Shown here piece by piece: positions 1 through 10,241 of a stretch of DNA of 64,000 nt. Below the pieces are notes generated by a model, which had not been told where the DNA came from, made no database searches, and saw only the letters and a list, made by a program, of their open reading frames with translations. The translations under genes and the position numbers were made by a program. The stretch spans positions 320,001 through 384,000 of the forward strand of contig CAWJKT010000011.1 of assembly GCA_963843375.1 (NCBI GenBank), written 5' to 3'. Source of the DNA: an uncultured Pseudomonadota bacterium (GTDB taxonomy: Bacteria > Oederibacteriota > Muellerivitia > Muellerivitales > Muellerivitaceae). Position 1 is the first letter of the stretch. Each line of letters starts with the position of its first letter.

Positions 1-566
1 ATGTACAAGAAGGAAGGGATCGACCTGTCCCTGGCCCCGCCTAACCTGCGTAAGGAAGGCGCCAAAATCCAGATCGACTGGTTCCATAATTTCTTCTGGG
101 CGTTCACCCCATTCGGCCCTGGCTGCATATCCGCATGCCCAGCTTCCCCTGGACGGACGAGAAGGTCAGCGACGTCATCACCTATTTCAACTTGAAGGAA
201 GACCAGGTATTTCCCTTCCCCAGCGTTGCAGACGCATAAATTAAAAGGGGAGGACCTGACACAGGCCCACAACCTCTTCGCCAAGCTCCAGTGCCAGAAG
301 TGCCACGTATCTGGGCACCAAGATGCCCGCTGGACCTTAATTCGGCCGCGCCTGACCTGTTACAAGTTCACGCGCGCTTGAAGCCGGACTGGGTGGTGGA
401 ATGGCTGAAAAATCCCGACGCGCTTCAGCCGGGAACCCATATGCCTGGCTTCTGGCCCGAGCGACCAACCCGCCCCCGACGCCAAGGCTTTTGGCGGGGA
501 CGGTTTGAAGCAGCGGAAGCCCTGAGGGATTATCTCTTTATGCTGGGAAAAGGAGAGACCAACTAA
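1..566 (+). CDS. C-terminal part of a large c-type cytochrome (partial, frameshifted)
   Basis: Pieces in different frames: APPNLRKEGAK..DWF, RPWLHIRMPSF, heme motif CQKCH (tgccagaagtgccac, 292-306), APDL..VHARLKPDWVVEWLKNP..QPGTHMPGFW. Confidence 0.8.
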
Positions 567-704
567 TCCAGGCGGCCTTGATTTCGTGGGTCGTGACCCG
601 AATAAGGTAAGTGACTAGGTAGTTAAGGATGAGGTAAACAAAGGAAACCTGCGAGGGCGACCTATTAAAAACCACTTTTTAAATTAAAACGAAGGAGTCG
701 AGCG

Positions 705-1496
705 ATGGATTTGAGAAAAGTACTTGGCCTTCTTGGTGCTAGCGGGTTTGTTGATCACCACGGGCTGCGGAAACAGCGACGATCAGGATGATTTCGGTAA
801 GGCAGCGGCAGGCGGAGGGGCTGGCACGGCTTCCTCGGCTTCCGCCGGGGCCATGGGAACGGCCAGCATCGCTGGCAAGGTGACCTTGACCGGCAAGGCT
901 CCTATCGCCGCCATCATCGCCTACGACGCGGACCCGGTCTGCAAGGCCCAGCACGCCACCTCGGGCAAGGATGAGACGGTCATAGCCGATGCGAACGGTG
1001 ATCTGGCTAACGTGTTCGTCTACGTCAAGGACGGCGCCGGAAGTTATTCGGCACCAACTACGCCGGTTACCCTGCTCCAGAAGGGCTGTATGTACAATCC
1101 CCACGTGTTCGGCATCCAGGTCAATCAGCCCCTGGACATCGTGAACGGCGACCCCACCCTCCACAACGTGCATTGCATGGCTGTCATCAATGACGCCTTT
1201 CAACGTGGGCCAGCCTTCCCAGAACATGATGTCCGAAAAGAAATTCTACCAAGCCCGAGGTTTTGGTGAAGTTCAAGTGTGATGTTCACGGCTGGATGCA
1301 TTGCGTGGCGGGCGTAGTCACCAATCCTTTCTATAGTATTTCGGGCACCGACGGGACCTTTAAGATTGCCCAACTGCCCGCCGGGACCTACACCGTTGTT
1401 GCCGTCCATGAGAAATATGGTGAATCCCAGCCGCAGCAAATTACGGTCAAAGACGGGGAAGCCGCCAGCGCGAACTTCACTTTCGCCGCCCAATAA
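705..1496 (+). CDS. Lipoprotein with cupredoxin-like / carboxypeptidase-regulatory-like domain, of the type found next to respiratory operons (frameshifted)
   Basis: RBS AAGGAG then ATG 705; lipobox TTGC; QKGCMYNPHV, NGDPTLHNVH, then KCDVHGWM and GTFKIAQLPAGTYTV in the next frame. Confidence 0.7.
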
Positions 1497-1524
1497 GACC
1501 TGAAGTTTAAAAGATTATTCATCC

Positions 1525-1559
1525 GGGCCCCGGGACCATTCCCGGGGCCTTTATTTTTT
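1525..1559 (+). terminator. Rho-independent terminator-like hairpin
   Basis: ggccccggga-ccat-tcccggggcc followed by a T-rich tract. Confidence 0.7.
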
Positions 1560-1568
1560 GAGGTAGAC

Positions 1569-2507
1569 ATGAACCCCAACGAAATGAAACCTACTTACCA
1601 TCAGGGCCTTCATCGTTTCGCTCTGGCAACGGCTGGCTGCACTTTTGTCCTGCTTTTGGCCGGGGCCCTAGTGACCAGCACGGGTTCCAGTCTGGCGGTG
1701 CCGGATTGGCCCCTTTCCTTTGGTACCTTGTTCCCCCACATGACCGGCGGGGTCCTCTTTGAGCATGGTCACCGGCTGGTGGCGGGCACAGTGTCCTGCA
1801 TGATGCTGGGCCTGGCCGTTACGGTTCAAAAGATCGAGACGCGTTCCTGGGTCAAGCGCTTGGCCTGGGGCGCCATGGGCGCCATTCTCCTGCAGGCGAT
1901 CCTGGGTGGAGTGACGGTGCTTCTTCACCTGCCGACCCAAATATCGGTGGCCCATGCGGGGTTGGCCCAGATTTTCTTTTGCCTCATCGTCACCTTAGCC
2001 TTGGTCACCTCGAAGGGGTGGATCGAGGAACAGCCCCACCGCCTTTTCGACAGGCCTTCCCCGATCCGGAACTGGGCCGCCTGGACGACCGCGTTGGTTT
2101 ACTTGCAAATCGTTGTGGGGGCGGTAACGCGTCATAGCGGGTCGGGCTTAGCCATCCCGGATTGGCCCCTGTCTTTCGGCCAACTCCTTCCCCCGGACTG
2201 GCCTGTCAGGGTTGCCCTCCAATTCAGTCACACTCGGGTCGGTGCCTTCCTCGTTCTGCTATTCGTAAGTCATACGGCTTTCCGTGCTTGTTTCCATTTT
2301 CCAGAGGAAAAGGGATTGTTTCTTCCGGCGGCGGCGGCGGGATTCCTAGTCTGGCTCCAATGTTTCCTGGGGGTGGCGGTTATCGTTACGCAAAAGTCAA
2401 TCGTGCCCACCTCGGTACATGTTATTGTGGGCGCGGCAACCCTGGCTTCCATGCTGGTTTTAACCCTCAACAGTTATCATTTATTTAAAAAGGAAATCTC
2501 CGCTTGA
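1569..2507 (+). CDS. ctaA: Heme A synthase (COX15/CtaA)
   Basis: GSSLAVPDWP, FEHGHR, LQAILGG, H-x-G-L-A-Q, second GLAIPDWP; multi-TM; next to heme O synthase. Confidence 0.9.
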   Translation: MNPNEMKPTYHQGLHRFALATAGCTFVLLLAGALVTSTGSSLAVPDWPLSFGTLFPHMTGGVLFEHGHRLVAGTVSCMMLGLAVTVQKIETRSWVKRLAWGAMGAILLQAILGGVTVLLHLPTQISVAHAGLAQIFFCLIVTLALVTSKGWIEEQPHRLFDRPSPIRNWAAWTTALVYLQIVVGAVTRHSGSGLAIPDWPLSFGQLLPPDWPVRVALQFSHTRVGAFLVLLFVSHTAFRACFHFPEEKGLFLPAAAAGFLVWLQCFLGVAVIVTQKSIVPTSVHVIVGAATLASMLVLTLNSYHLFKKEISA

Positions 2508-3358
2508 AGAATCTCCGGGATTACATCTCCCTCACCAAGCCCCGTCTGAATTCCCTTGCACTTTTGACCAGTTTGGCGGGCTTTTATATGGGAAGCGGCA
2601 GGCCGTTCCATTTGGGACTAATGGCGCTTTCGCTCATGGGTACCACTGCTGTGGCCGCCGGGTGCGGCACCTTGAACCAGTGGTTCGAGGTAGAACAGGA
2701 CCGCAAAATGACGCGCACTCGAAAGCGGCCCATTCCTGCCGGCCGGGTAAAAAGTTCCCACGCCTTTTGGTACGGGATGGGGCTCTCCACCGCAGGGGTT
2801 CTCATCCTTCTTTTCACTGTTAACGAGCTGACGGCTTTCCTAGGGCTGGCAGCCCTTTTCAGCTATCTTGTTCTCTATACACCATTGAAAAGAATCACCT
2901 CGCTTTGCACGGTAGTGGGCGCCATACCGGGGGCTATTCCACCCATGATGGGCTGGACCTCGGCCCAAAACCACGTGGGTCCGGAAGGCTGGGTGCTTTT
3001 TTCCATCCTCTTCCTTTGGCAGATGCCCCATGCCCTCACCCTTGGGTGGATGTACCGCGAAGATTACGCGCGGGGCGGTTTTCCCATGCTTTCGGTCATC
3101 GACCCAAAAGGTGGCTCCACAGGGCTTATGGCAGTGCTTTATTCCGCCGCTCTCCTGCCCACGTCCCTTTTGCCCGCCACCCTTCATATGACCGGGACGG
3201 TTTATTTTTGGGTGGCCCTTGTGTTAAGTTCTGTCTTCCTTTTTTACAGCGGGTTGCTGGCTTGGCACAAAAGTCTTTACTATGCCCGGGGGCTTTTTTG
3301 GCTGTCGATCACTTATCTGCCCCTTCTTTTCATCGTGATGGTGCTGGATAGAACTTAA
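2504..3358 (+). CDS. cyoE: Protoheme IX farnesyltransferase (heme O synthase)
   Basis: LTKPR, D-RKMTRTRKRPIPAG, YTPLKR, GAIPGAIPPMMGW, FLWQMPH, REDYARGG. Confidence 0.95.
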   Translation: MKNLRDYISLTKPRLNSLALLTSLAGFYMGSGRPFHLGLMALSLMGTTAVAAGCGTLNQWFEVEQDRKMTRTRKRPIPAGRVKSSHAFWYGMGLSTAGVLILLFTVNELTAFLGLAALFSYLVLYTPLKRITSLCTVVGAIPGAIPPMMGWTSAQNHVGPEGWVLFSILFLWQMPHALTLGWMYREDYARGGFPMLSVIDPKGGSTGLMAVLYSAALLPTSLLPATLHMTGTVYFWVALVLSSVFLFYSGLLAWHKSLYYARGLFWLSITYLPLLFIVMVLDRT

Positions 3359-3392
3359 GTCTTGGATTTTTTATTAAAAGAGAAAGCTGCCC

Positions 3393-4322
3393 TTGGAAAA
3401 TGTCCTGGAAGTAAACAACCTCACCTACCAGTACGGTTCGAAAACCGCGCTGGAGAACTTGAGTTTTTCCGTGGGAAAGGGCGAAATCTTCGGCTTCCTT
3501 GGACCCAACGGCGGGGGGAAGACCACGACCTTCAAGGTTCTTTCCACGCTCTTCGCCTGCCGGCCCGGCCAGGTGAAAATGTTTGGGCTGGATTTGGCCC
3601 AGGACCTTATGGCCATTCGCCGCAAGATGGGGATTGTCTTTCAGTTGCCGGCCCTGGATAAAATGCTCAAGGTGAGGGAAAATCTGGCGCACCAGGGGCA
3701 CCTTTACGGCCTTTCGGGCAAAGAATTAGAAAGGCGCATCGACCGGGACCTGGAACGGCTCGGCCTCATGGACCGCGCCAAGGACAGGGTCAAAACCCTT
3801 TCCGGGGGCTTGCAACGGCGGGTGGAACTGGCCAAGGCGCTGATCAACGACCCCGAACTGATGATTCTGGACGAGCCCTCCACCGGGTTGGATCCGGCGG
3901 CCCGGAAAGATTTTTGGGGCCACCTGGAAACCCTTCGCCAAAGGCAGAATATGACGGTTTTGGTGACCACCCATTACCTGGAAGAAGCGGACCGCTGCGA
4001 CAGGCTCTTGATCCTCGATCAGGGCAAGAAAGTGGCCTTGGGAAAACCTGAGGAACTCAAGGCTGAAATCGGCGGGGAAGTACTTCGCATACGGGCGAAA
4101 AATCCCGAGGTCCTTATGGCCACTCTTGCTGAAAAACTCAAAGTCACCGGTCTTATGGTGGGAGGTTTGGTTCAGGTAGAACATCCTAAGGCCTACTTGC
4201 TGGTGGCACCCTTATTGGAAGCATTGCCCGAACAGGTTTTGTCCCTCACCCTGGGCCTTCCCACTCTGGAAGACGTATTTATACATAAAACCGGGCGGCG
4301 TTTCTCGGAGGAAAAAGAATGA
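3393..4322 (+). CDS. ABC transporter ATP-binding protein
   Basis: Walker A GPNGGGKTT, LSGG signature, ILDEPSTGLDP, TTH. Confidence 0.95.
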   Translation: MENVLEVNNLTYQYGSKTALENLSFSVGKGEIFGFLGPNGGGKTTTFKVLSTLFACRPGQVKMFGLDLAQDLMAIRRKMGIVFQLPALDKMLKVRENLAHQGHLYGLSGKELERRIDRDLERLGLMDRAKDRVKTLSGGLQRRVELAKALINDPELMILDEPSTGLDPAARKDFWGHLETLRQRQNMTVLVTTHYLEEADRCDRLLILDQGKKVALGKPEELKAEIGGEVLRIRAKNPEVLMATLAEKLKVTGLMVGGLVQVEHPKAYLLVAPLLEALPEQVLSLTLGLPTLEDVFIHKTGRRFSEEKE

Positions 4323-5068
4323 ATTTCTGGCTGGCGGTTTATACCTTGTGGCAGCGAGAGATCGTTCGCTTTTACCGGCAGCCCAGCCGGGTGGTGGGGG
4401 CGGTAGGAACCGCCTTGCTTTTCTGGGCGGTCCTGGGGACGGGAATCCCCATGGCCAATTACCGGGCCTATTTTCTGCCGGGTACGCTGGTGATGAGCAT
4501 CCTTTTCACTTGTATCTTCTCCAACGCCTCCGTCATCGAGGACCGCCATGCGGGCTTCCTGCAGTCGGTCATGGTGGCGCCAGTCAGCCGGGGGGCCATC
4601 GTGATGGGAAAAATTTTGGGCGGAGCGACCCTTTCCACCCTGCAGGGCTTGATTCTTCTTCCGGTGGCGCTGACCGTGGGGGCCACCTTCCAGTTCCTGC
4701 CCCTCTCGGGGCTGGTCCTCTCACTTTTTTGGCTGTCCTTCGTCCTCAACGCTTTCGGGTTCTGGCTGGCTTGGAAAATCGAGTCCACGCCCGGGTTCCA
4801 CACCATCATGAACATGGTACTCCTGCCCATGTGGATGGCGTCGGGCGCGGTTTTTGTCGGGGGCCAGGGCTGGATGAAGGCCTTCATGAAGGTCAATCCC
4901 TTCACCTATGGTGTTGCCGGCGTGAGGCGTGGTCTTTTCCCGGGACAGGACCTGGGAAATATTCCTAGCCTTTCCCTTTCCATATTAGTGTTGGTGGGCA
5001 TGGGGTTCTTTTTTTATCTCCTTTCGTCCTGGGTGGTCGAAAAGACCAATGAGGGAAAATCCAAATGA
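4319..5068 (+). CDS. ABC-2 type permease
   Basis: Multi-TM, YFLPG, EDRHAGFL..VAPVSR, NPFTY; coupled to the ATPase. Confidence 0.9.
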   Translation: MNFWLAVYTLWQREIVRFYRQPSRVVGAVGTALLFWAVLGTGIPMANYRAYFLPGTLVMSILFTCIFSNASVIEDRHAGFLQSVMVAPVSRGAIVMGKILGGATLSTLQGLILLPVALTVGATFQFLPLSGLVLSLFWLSFVLNAFGFWLAWKIESTPGFHTIMNMVLLPMWMASGAVFVGGQGWMKAFMKVNPFTYGVAGVRRGLFPGQDLGNIPSLSLSILVLVGMGFFFYLLSSWVVEKTNEGKSK

Positions 5069-5688
5069 AAAAATTCGACTGGCGAATAGGGCTTTTGATC
5101 CTTCTCACCGGGGGCGGCCTTGTGGTTTTGGGTTACCGGGTCTTTGTTTCCAGGCCCTCCAACCTATTCTCCAAGCCGCTCTATGCTGCTCCGGTTTTTA
5201 CCTTCGAGGATCGAAGCGGCCGGATGTTTTCCAGCGCCGAACTGAAGGGCAAGGTTTGGGCGGTGGATTTTATTTTCGCCCATTGCGCTGGTTCCTGCCC
5301 CATGATCAGTTCCCAGATGAGCCGCCTCCAACAGGAATGGCGGGGAAACCAGGATTTCAGGATGGTCACTTTTACGGTGGATCCGGAGCGGGACACGGCG
5401 GAGGCGCTCAAAGCCTATGCTGAGGATTACAAGGCCGAGGATAACCAATGGTTTTTTCTAACAGGCAAGAAGGCGGACATTTACAATGCCATCGGTAACG
5501 GATTCCATTTGACCGCCTATCCCAATCCGGACAAAATTCCCGGGTATGAATTCATCCACACAACCCGAATTCTTCTGGTGGACGCTGACAACATGGTGCG
5601 GGGTATGTACGATGGCGAGGACGATGAGAATATGAAAAAACTTCATCAGGACGTACGATACCTGATGAGCTCTTGGAGCCACACATGA
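5065..5688 (+). CDS. SCO family copper chaperone
   Basis: FIFAHCAGSCP (CxxxC), TVDPERDT, conserved His in FIHTT. Confidence 0.92.
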   Translation: MKKFDWRIGLLILLTGGGLVVLGYRVFVSRPSNLFSKPLYAAPVFTFEDRSGRMFSSAELKGKVWAVDFIFAHCAGSCPMISSQMSRLQQEWRGNQDFRMVTFTVDPERDTAEALKAYAEDYKAEDNQWFFLTGKKADIYNAIGNGFHLTAYPNPDKIPGYEFIHTTRILLVDADNMVRGMYDGEDDENMKKLHQDVRYLMSSWSHT

Positions 5689-6107
5689 ACCTGAATACAC
5701 TGCCAATGATCAACGCCTGCCTGAACGGCTTGAGCACCATCCTTTTGCTGACGGGTTATGTCTTCATCCGCCGGGGAAATCAAAAGGCCCATCAGGTCTG
5801 CATGGGAACGGCTTTTTTGATCTCCATCGTTTTTCTCATTTCCTACCTGGTGCACCATGCCTTGGCGGGGATCGTTTATTACCAAGGCCATGGGGCCTCA
5901 AGGATCTTCTATTTGATTATTCTTTTTACCCACACCCCATTGGCCATAGTGGTTCCCGTCCTTGCCATCATCACCATTCTTCGCGCCCGGAAGGGGAATT
6001 TCGCGGGCCACAAGAAAATCGCCCGCATTACCCTTCCTATCTGGCTCTACGTTTCGGTTACGGGCGTTCTCGTCTATTTCATGCTCTACCAGGGTTTCCT
6101 GGAATAA
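5685..6107 (+). CDS. DUF420 family membrane protein
   Basis: LPMINACLN, H..M..AF, HKKIARITLPIWLYVSVTGVLVY; ATGA overlap with SCO stop. Confidence 0.88.
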   Translation: MNLNTLPMINACLNGLSTILLLTGYVFIRRGNQKAHQVCMGTAFLISIVFLISYLVHHALAGIVYYQGHGASRIFYLIILFTHTPLAIVVPVLAIITILRARKGNFAGHKKIARITLPIWLYVSVTGVLVYFMLYQGFLE

Positions 6108-6348
6108 ATTCTGCTTCCCACCTAAAGTCCCGAAGGGTCAGCTCTTTTCCAGCATTCGCCCGCGTCTCTTAAGGCACAAAAGCTCAAGTTTAGCGCTGTC
6201 GCTCAATTTGATAGCGCGAAAAAAAGCTTGCGTCCCGCTTATTTTGTATCTATTAAGTCTTTGAGCCCTCATACTCACCTCACACAAAAACCCTTTACCC
6301 AAATGGTTCGTTTGGCCAAGCGTTTTAAATTTCGGGAAAGGCCAAACC

Positions 6349-8286
6349 ATGAAACTTCGCATCTTAGGAGTGTTTTCACTTTTAATCGGAGTCGCCTTTT
6401 TAACCCTCGGCTGCCCTTCCAAGAGCAGTACCCCTTCCAGCCCCGCAGCGCCCGCAGCCACCAACACCTTTACAGTTACCAACACGCCCTGTACCGACAG
6501 TTCGGGCCACACTTGCACTTTTACTTTCACTTCAACCGCCAGCAACACGGCCACGGTTACGCCCACCAGTACGCCCAGCAACACCGCCACCTCCACGGAT
6601 ACCTACACGGTTACCAACACGCCGACCAATAGCGCAACTTCGACCAATTCCGCGACTCCCACTAACAGCCCCACCAGTACGGCCACCTTCACGATCACGA
6701 ACACGCCGACCATCACCGCTACATTCACGATTACGGAAACACCGACGAACAGCGGGACTCCCACCCAGACCGGCACGCCGACCAATACCTTCACCACTCC
6801 CACCAGCACTCCCACCAACACCCAACAAAACACGTCGACCAAGACCGCGACTATGACTGTTACTTCTACCCCGCAACCTTACATTATTACCGGAACAGTT
6901 CAATACACCGGAGGCAACAGCCCGACGGGAAAAAACCTCTTGGTATACGCGAGCACTAACATCAGCAACGGCAATGGCGTCAATTGGTCTGTCCCAGCGC
7001 AAACCGGCGCCGTTACCTATACCCTCAATCTACCTGTAACAGGTTCTTACACTCTCCTGGCTTTCTGGACGGCGGATACTTCACTCAATAATTCATCGCC
7101 CTCGGAGGGTGATCCCTATTGTTACTATACCACTGGGGGCACTCCTGTTTGCTTGGGCGGGTCTCCCACGACCATCACCATCAGCGGGGCCGTGACGGTC
7201 ACCGCGAATATGAGCTTTGGAAATGGCTGTGAGTTGGAGGGTGTTTCGGGCCCCATCACCTACACTGGCGCGGGAGCTGTCAACGGTAATACGAATTTGA
7301 GTGTTCAAGGGTACGCGGACTCGAATTACCTAACCCCGGTGGCTTACGGGACTGGGGTTTCGGTAAATGGCGGCACCTACTCTTTGATTGATACGAACAA
7401 CGCCTCCTCGGTCTATATCCAGGCTTGGTTGAACAGCAACAGCAACGGCAACGGTAACGGTCCAGTGACGGGGGATCCGGTGACGAACTTGGGCTCCTTT
7501 TCGCCTTTCAACTCGAATACCTCCAATCATGCGATCACCCTCTCCGACGCGAATCTTTTTGGCACCACAAACAGCCTGTCGGGCACTGTCAATTGGACGG
7601 GGAGCGGCTCAGTCAACTCGACCAACCCGATCATTGTCTCGGCGTCTGTGGATAACGGGGGCAATACCGAAAATTACTCCAGTTGTATCGTGACCACAAA
7701 CGGAGGCACTTACTTTATGGGAGTGACCGCAGGCAGTTATTACGTCACCGAGCAATATGTGACCGATCCTACGACTTATTCGGTGAGTGGCGGGGGTGGA
7801 AATATTGTAGTGGGAAGTTATGCGAAAAATTCCGACGGGACATGTATAGGCAGCGGCTCCGGGCCCAACGGGTTTGGTGCAGCCATTAACGTGAGTGGAG
7901 CCGCCGTGTCCAACCTAAGTTTCAGCGGTTCTTGCGGCGAGTTTTATGGTTACCTTGGCACCATTAATTATTCGGGCTCTCAGGGCACGCCGAGTTGCAA
8001 CGGTAACAGTTACGGCACCCAAATTTATGTCGAACCCGTTGCCGGTACTTCCGAAGGTTCAGGGACCTATTGTTGCACCCAAAATGTTTGCAGCAACGGC
8101 CAGACTTTCACCTTGGAAACGGGATCTTCCAGCCAAAGCTATTACTTGAGAGCTTGGTTTGACTCACAAGGCACAGGTCCATCCGGACCTGCCTCTGGTG
8201 AGCCTTGGACCGTGGTGGGGCCATATGCTAATAGTACGGACCCGTCTTCTATAAATATTACCTTTGGTGATACCAGTACTTGGTAA
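6349..8286 (+). CDS. Large lipoprotein with Thr/Pro-rich stalk and four repeated beta-rich domains
   Basis: Lipobox LTLGC; long TPT-rich linker; repeats starting ITGTVQYTG, VSGPITYTG, LSGTVNWTG, YLGTINYSG. Confidence 0.8.
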   Translation: MKLRILGVFSLLIGVAFLTLGCPSKSSTPSSPAAPAATNTFTVTNTPCTDSSGHTCTFTFTSTASNTATVTPTSTPSNTATSTDTYTVTNTPTNSATSTNSATPTNSPTSTATFTITNTPTITATFTITETPTNSGTPTQTGTPTNTFTTPTSTPTNTQQNTSTKTATMTVTSTPQPYIITGTVQYTGGNSPTGKNLLVYASTNISNGNGVNWSVPAQTGAVTYTLNLPVTGSYTLLAFWTADTSLNNSSPSEGDPYCYYTTGGTPVCLGGSPTTITISGAVTVTANMSFGNGCELEGVSGPITYTGAGAVNGNTNLSVQGYADSNYLTPVAYGTGVSVNGGTYSLIDTNNASSVYIQAWLNSNSNGNGNGPVTGDPVTNLGSFSPFNSNTSNHAITLSDANLFGTTNSLSGTVNWTGSGSVNSTNPIIVSASVDNGGNTENYSSCIVTTNGGTYFMGVTAGSYYVTEQYVTDPTTYSVSGGGGNIVVGSYAKNSDGTCIGSGSGPNGFGAAINVSGAAVSNLSFSGSCGEFYGYLGTINYSGSQGTPSCNGNSYGTQIYVEPVAGTSEGSGTYCCTQNVCSNGQTFTLETGSSSQSYYLRAWFDSQGTGPSGPASGEPWTVVGPYANSTDPSSINITFGDTSTW

Positions 8287-8350
8287 GAAGGGCTTGGCTC
8301 CAAAGTTGGGTCCGATTAACTTTTTCCCGTGTCTTTAAAGTTTTAAGACC

Positions 8351-8387
8351 AAAAGCCCGAGCCGAAAACGGCTCGGGCTTTTTTATT
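8351..8387 (+). terminator. Rho-independent terminator
   Basis: aaaagcccgagccg-aaaa-cggctcgggctttt followed by T tract. Confidence 0.9.
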
Positions 8388-8576
8388 TGAATCGGTTGAT
8401 TTCCCCTTTAGAAAGCAGCCTGTCCCAGGTTTATTCAATATGGTCGCCCATTTCTGTTTTTAACAGCCCTTGAAAGTTCTCTCTTTTTAACCTGGGGGCT
8501 GTTGATTTTTGGCGACTTGTCCCTTTAATCTCGGCGAGTCACGAATGGAAATTTATCGAAATCGAGGAGGAAAAAT

Positions 8577-9134
8577 ATGAAAGCGAGCTTTAGAACCTTT
8601 CGAGGAATCCTGCTGGGGGCAGTGATTGCTGGCATGACAGCCTGCGCCGTTTCGGCCTTCGAGTTGAAGAGCTCCGACATCAAAGAGGGAGCCACTATGT
8701 CCGACGAACAGGTGTTCAACAGCTTTGGGTGCCAGGGGGGCAACCTGTCACCGGAATTGAAATGGACCAAGGGGCCGGATGGGACCCAAAGTTACGCCCT
8801 GACCGTCTATGACCCGGATGCCCCCACGGGAAGCGGCTGGTGGCACTGGGTGGTATTCAATATCCCCTCCAAAATCCACAGCCTGCCCAAGGGCTTCCCG
8901 GCCGACAGCACCGCCATCGCGGGGCTTATCCAATCCCGAACCGACTTTGGCAAGCCTGGCTACGGCGGGCCTTGCCCCCCTCCCGGGTCTCCCCATCACT
9001 ATATTTTCACGGTCTACGCTCTCAAGGTGAAGTCCCTGGACTTAGACGCCAACGCCTCAGGCGCCATGGTGGGCTATTACCTCAACGCCAATAAACTGGC
9101 GGAATCCAAAATTACGGCACTTTACAGTCGTTAA
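8577..9134 (+). CDS. YbhB/YbcL family (PEBP/RKIP-like) periplasmic protein
   Basis: GGNLSPEL.W, YDPDAPTGSGWWHW, GYGGPCPP, HHYIFTVYAL; signal peptide. Confidence 0.93.
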   Translation: MKASFRTFRGILLGAVIAGMTACAVSAFELKSSDIKEGATMSDEQVFNSFGCQGGNLSPELKWTKGPDGTQSYALTVYDPDAPTGSGWWHWVVFNIPSKIHSLPKGFPADSTAIAGLIQSRTDFGKPGYGGPCPPPGSPHHYIFTVYALKVKSLDLDANASGAMVGYYLNANKLAESKITALYSR

Positions 9135-9173
9135 ATCTGATTTAGCTTTAAGGAAAGAAACCGAGCGGAAACC

Positions 9174-9572
9174 ATGATCAACGGCGCGCATGTTATTGTT
9201 TATTCCGAAAAACCCGGAGAAGATCGGGCTTTTTTCCGGGACGTGTTGAGATTTCCCCATGTGGATGCCGGCCATGGTTGGTTGATCTTCGGATTGCCGT
9301 CCTCCGAAGCTGCTTTTCATCCTGGTAAGAATGGGGTACATGAGTTCTATCTCATGTGCGATGACGTGAAGGTTTTTATCGGAGAAATGAAAGCGAAGGG
9401 AACTGTTTGTTCCGATATACATGAGGAAAGATGGGGTTCGATAACAACCATCATCCTGCCCGGCGGTGGTAAAATCGGAGTCTACCAACCCAAACATGAA
9501 CGGCTGCCCTCCCATAATCTCCAAGCACCCGCCCGAAAGAAAAAGCGGAAAAAGGCCAAACGGAGTCATTGA
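9174..9572 (+). CDS. VOC/glyoxalase-like (extradiol dioxygenase-like) protein
   Basis: GAHVIVYS..P..DRAFFRDVL, HEFYLMCDD, ERWG, LPGGG.IGVYQP. Confidence 0.8.
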   Translation: MINGAHVIVYSEKPGEDRAFFRDVLRFPHVDAGHGWLIFGLPSSEAAFHPGKNGVHEFYLMCDDVKVFIGEMKAKGTVCSDIHEERWGSITTIILPGGGKIGVYQPKHERLPSHNLQAPARKKKRKKAKRSH

Positions 9573-9621
9573 ATCGTTGGCCATGACGGGAACCCGCAAT
9601 GGAGGAGTGAAGGATGATTTT

Positions 9622-10104
9622 ATGAATCCGAAATCGACCAAGAAAAAGATAAAATCCGGTCCGGCCAAAGCTAAAAAGCCCTCCACTGGACCAAATCCGA
9701 ACCTCCAAAGCCTGGATCGATTGGTTGGCGCTTGGAATTTATCGGGCGAGGCGCAGGGCCGGATCAGGTACGAGTGGATGGAAGGCGGTTTTTTCCTTGT
9801 TCAGTATGTTGATCATCTTTTATACCGTGGAAGAACAATCAAGGGATTTGAGGTCATTGGTCGCCAACACCGAATGGGAGAGGAACCCAGCAAGGAAATC
9901 AGGTCGCGCTTTTATAAATTCGATGACGGCCTTACCCTGGATTACGTCTACGAAATGGTTAACAATGAACTCACAATCTGGTTTGGACCCAAGGGCTCCA
10001 ATAACCGATTCAAGGGCGTTTTTAGTCCTGATGGCAACCGTCTTTCCGGTGGATGGAAGTGGCCGGGGGGCGGTTACGAAGTCACCTGGACTAGAATAAA
10101 GTAA
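9622..10104 (+). CDS. Conserved hypothetical protein (DUF1579-like beta-barrel)
   Basis: PNPNLQSLDRLVGAW, EWMEGGFFL, FSPDGN.LSG.W; RBS upstream. Confidence 0.6.
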   Translation: MNPKSTKKKIKSGPAKAKKPSTGPNPNLQSLDRLVGAWNLSGEAQGRIRYEWMEGGFFLVQYVDHLLYRGRTIKGFEVIGRQHRMGEEPSKEIRSRFYKFDDGLTLDYVYEMVNNELTIWFGPKGSNNRFKGVFSPDGNRLSGGWKWPGGGYEVTWTRIK

Positions 10105-10241
10105 AGGTCCAATCGGCCCGTTTCCCGAACGGGAATGAATCCTTCGGTTTTGTTTCGACTGAATAACAAAACCAGCGAGTAGTTGTCTCCCGCGGGGACC
10201 TGTCGTTTGCAGGGGAAAAGGGATGAGAGAGCTAAGCCGCC

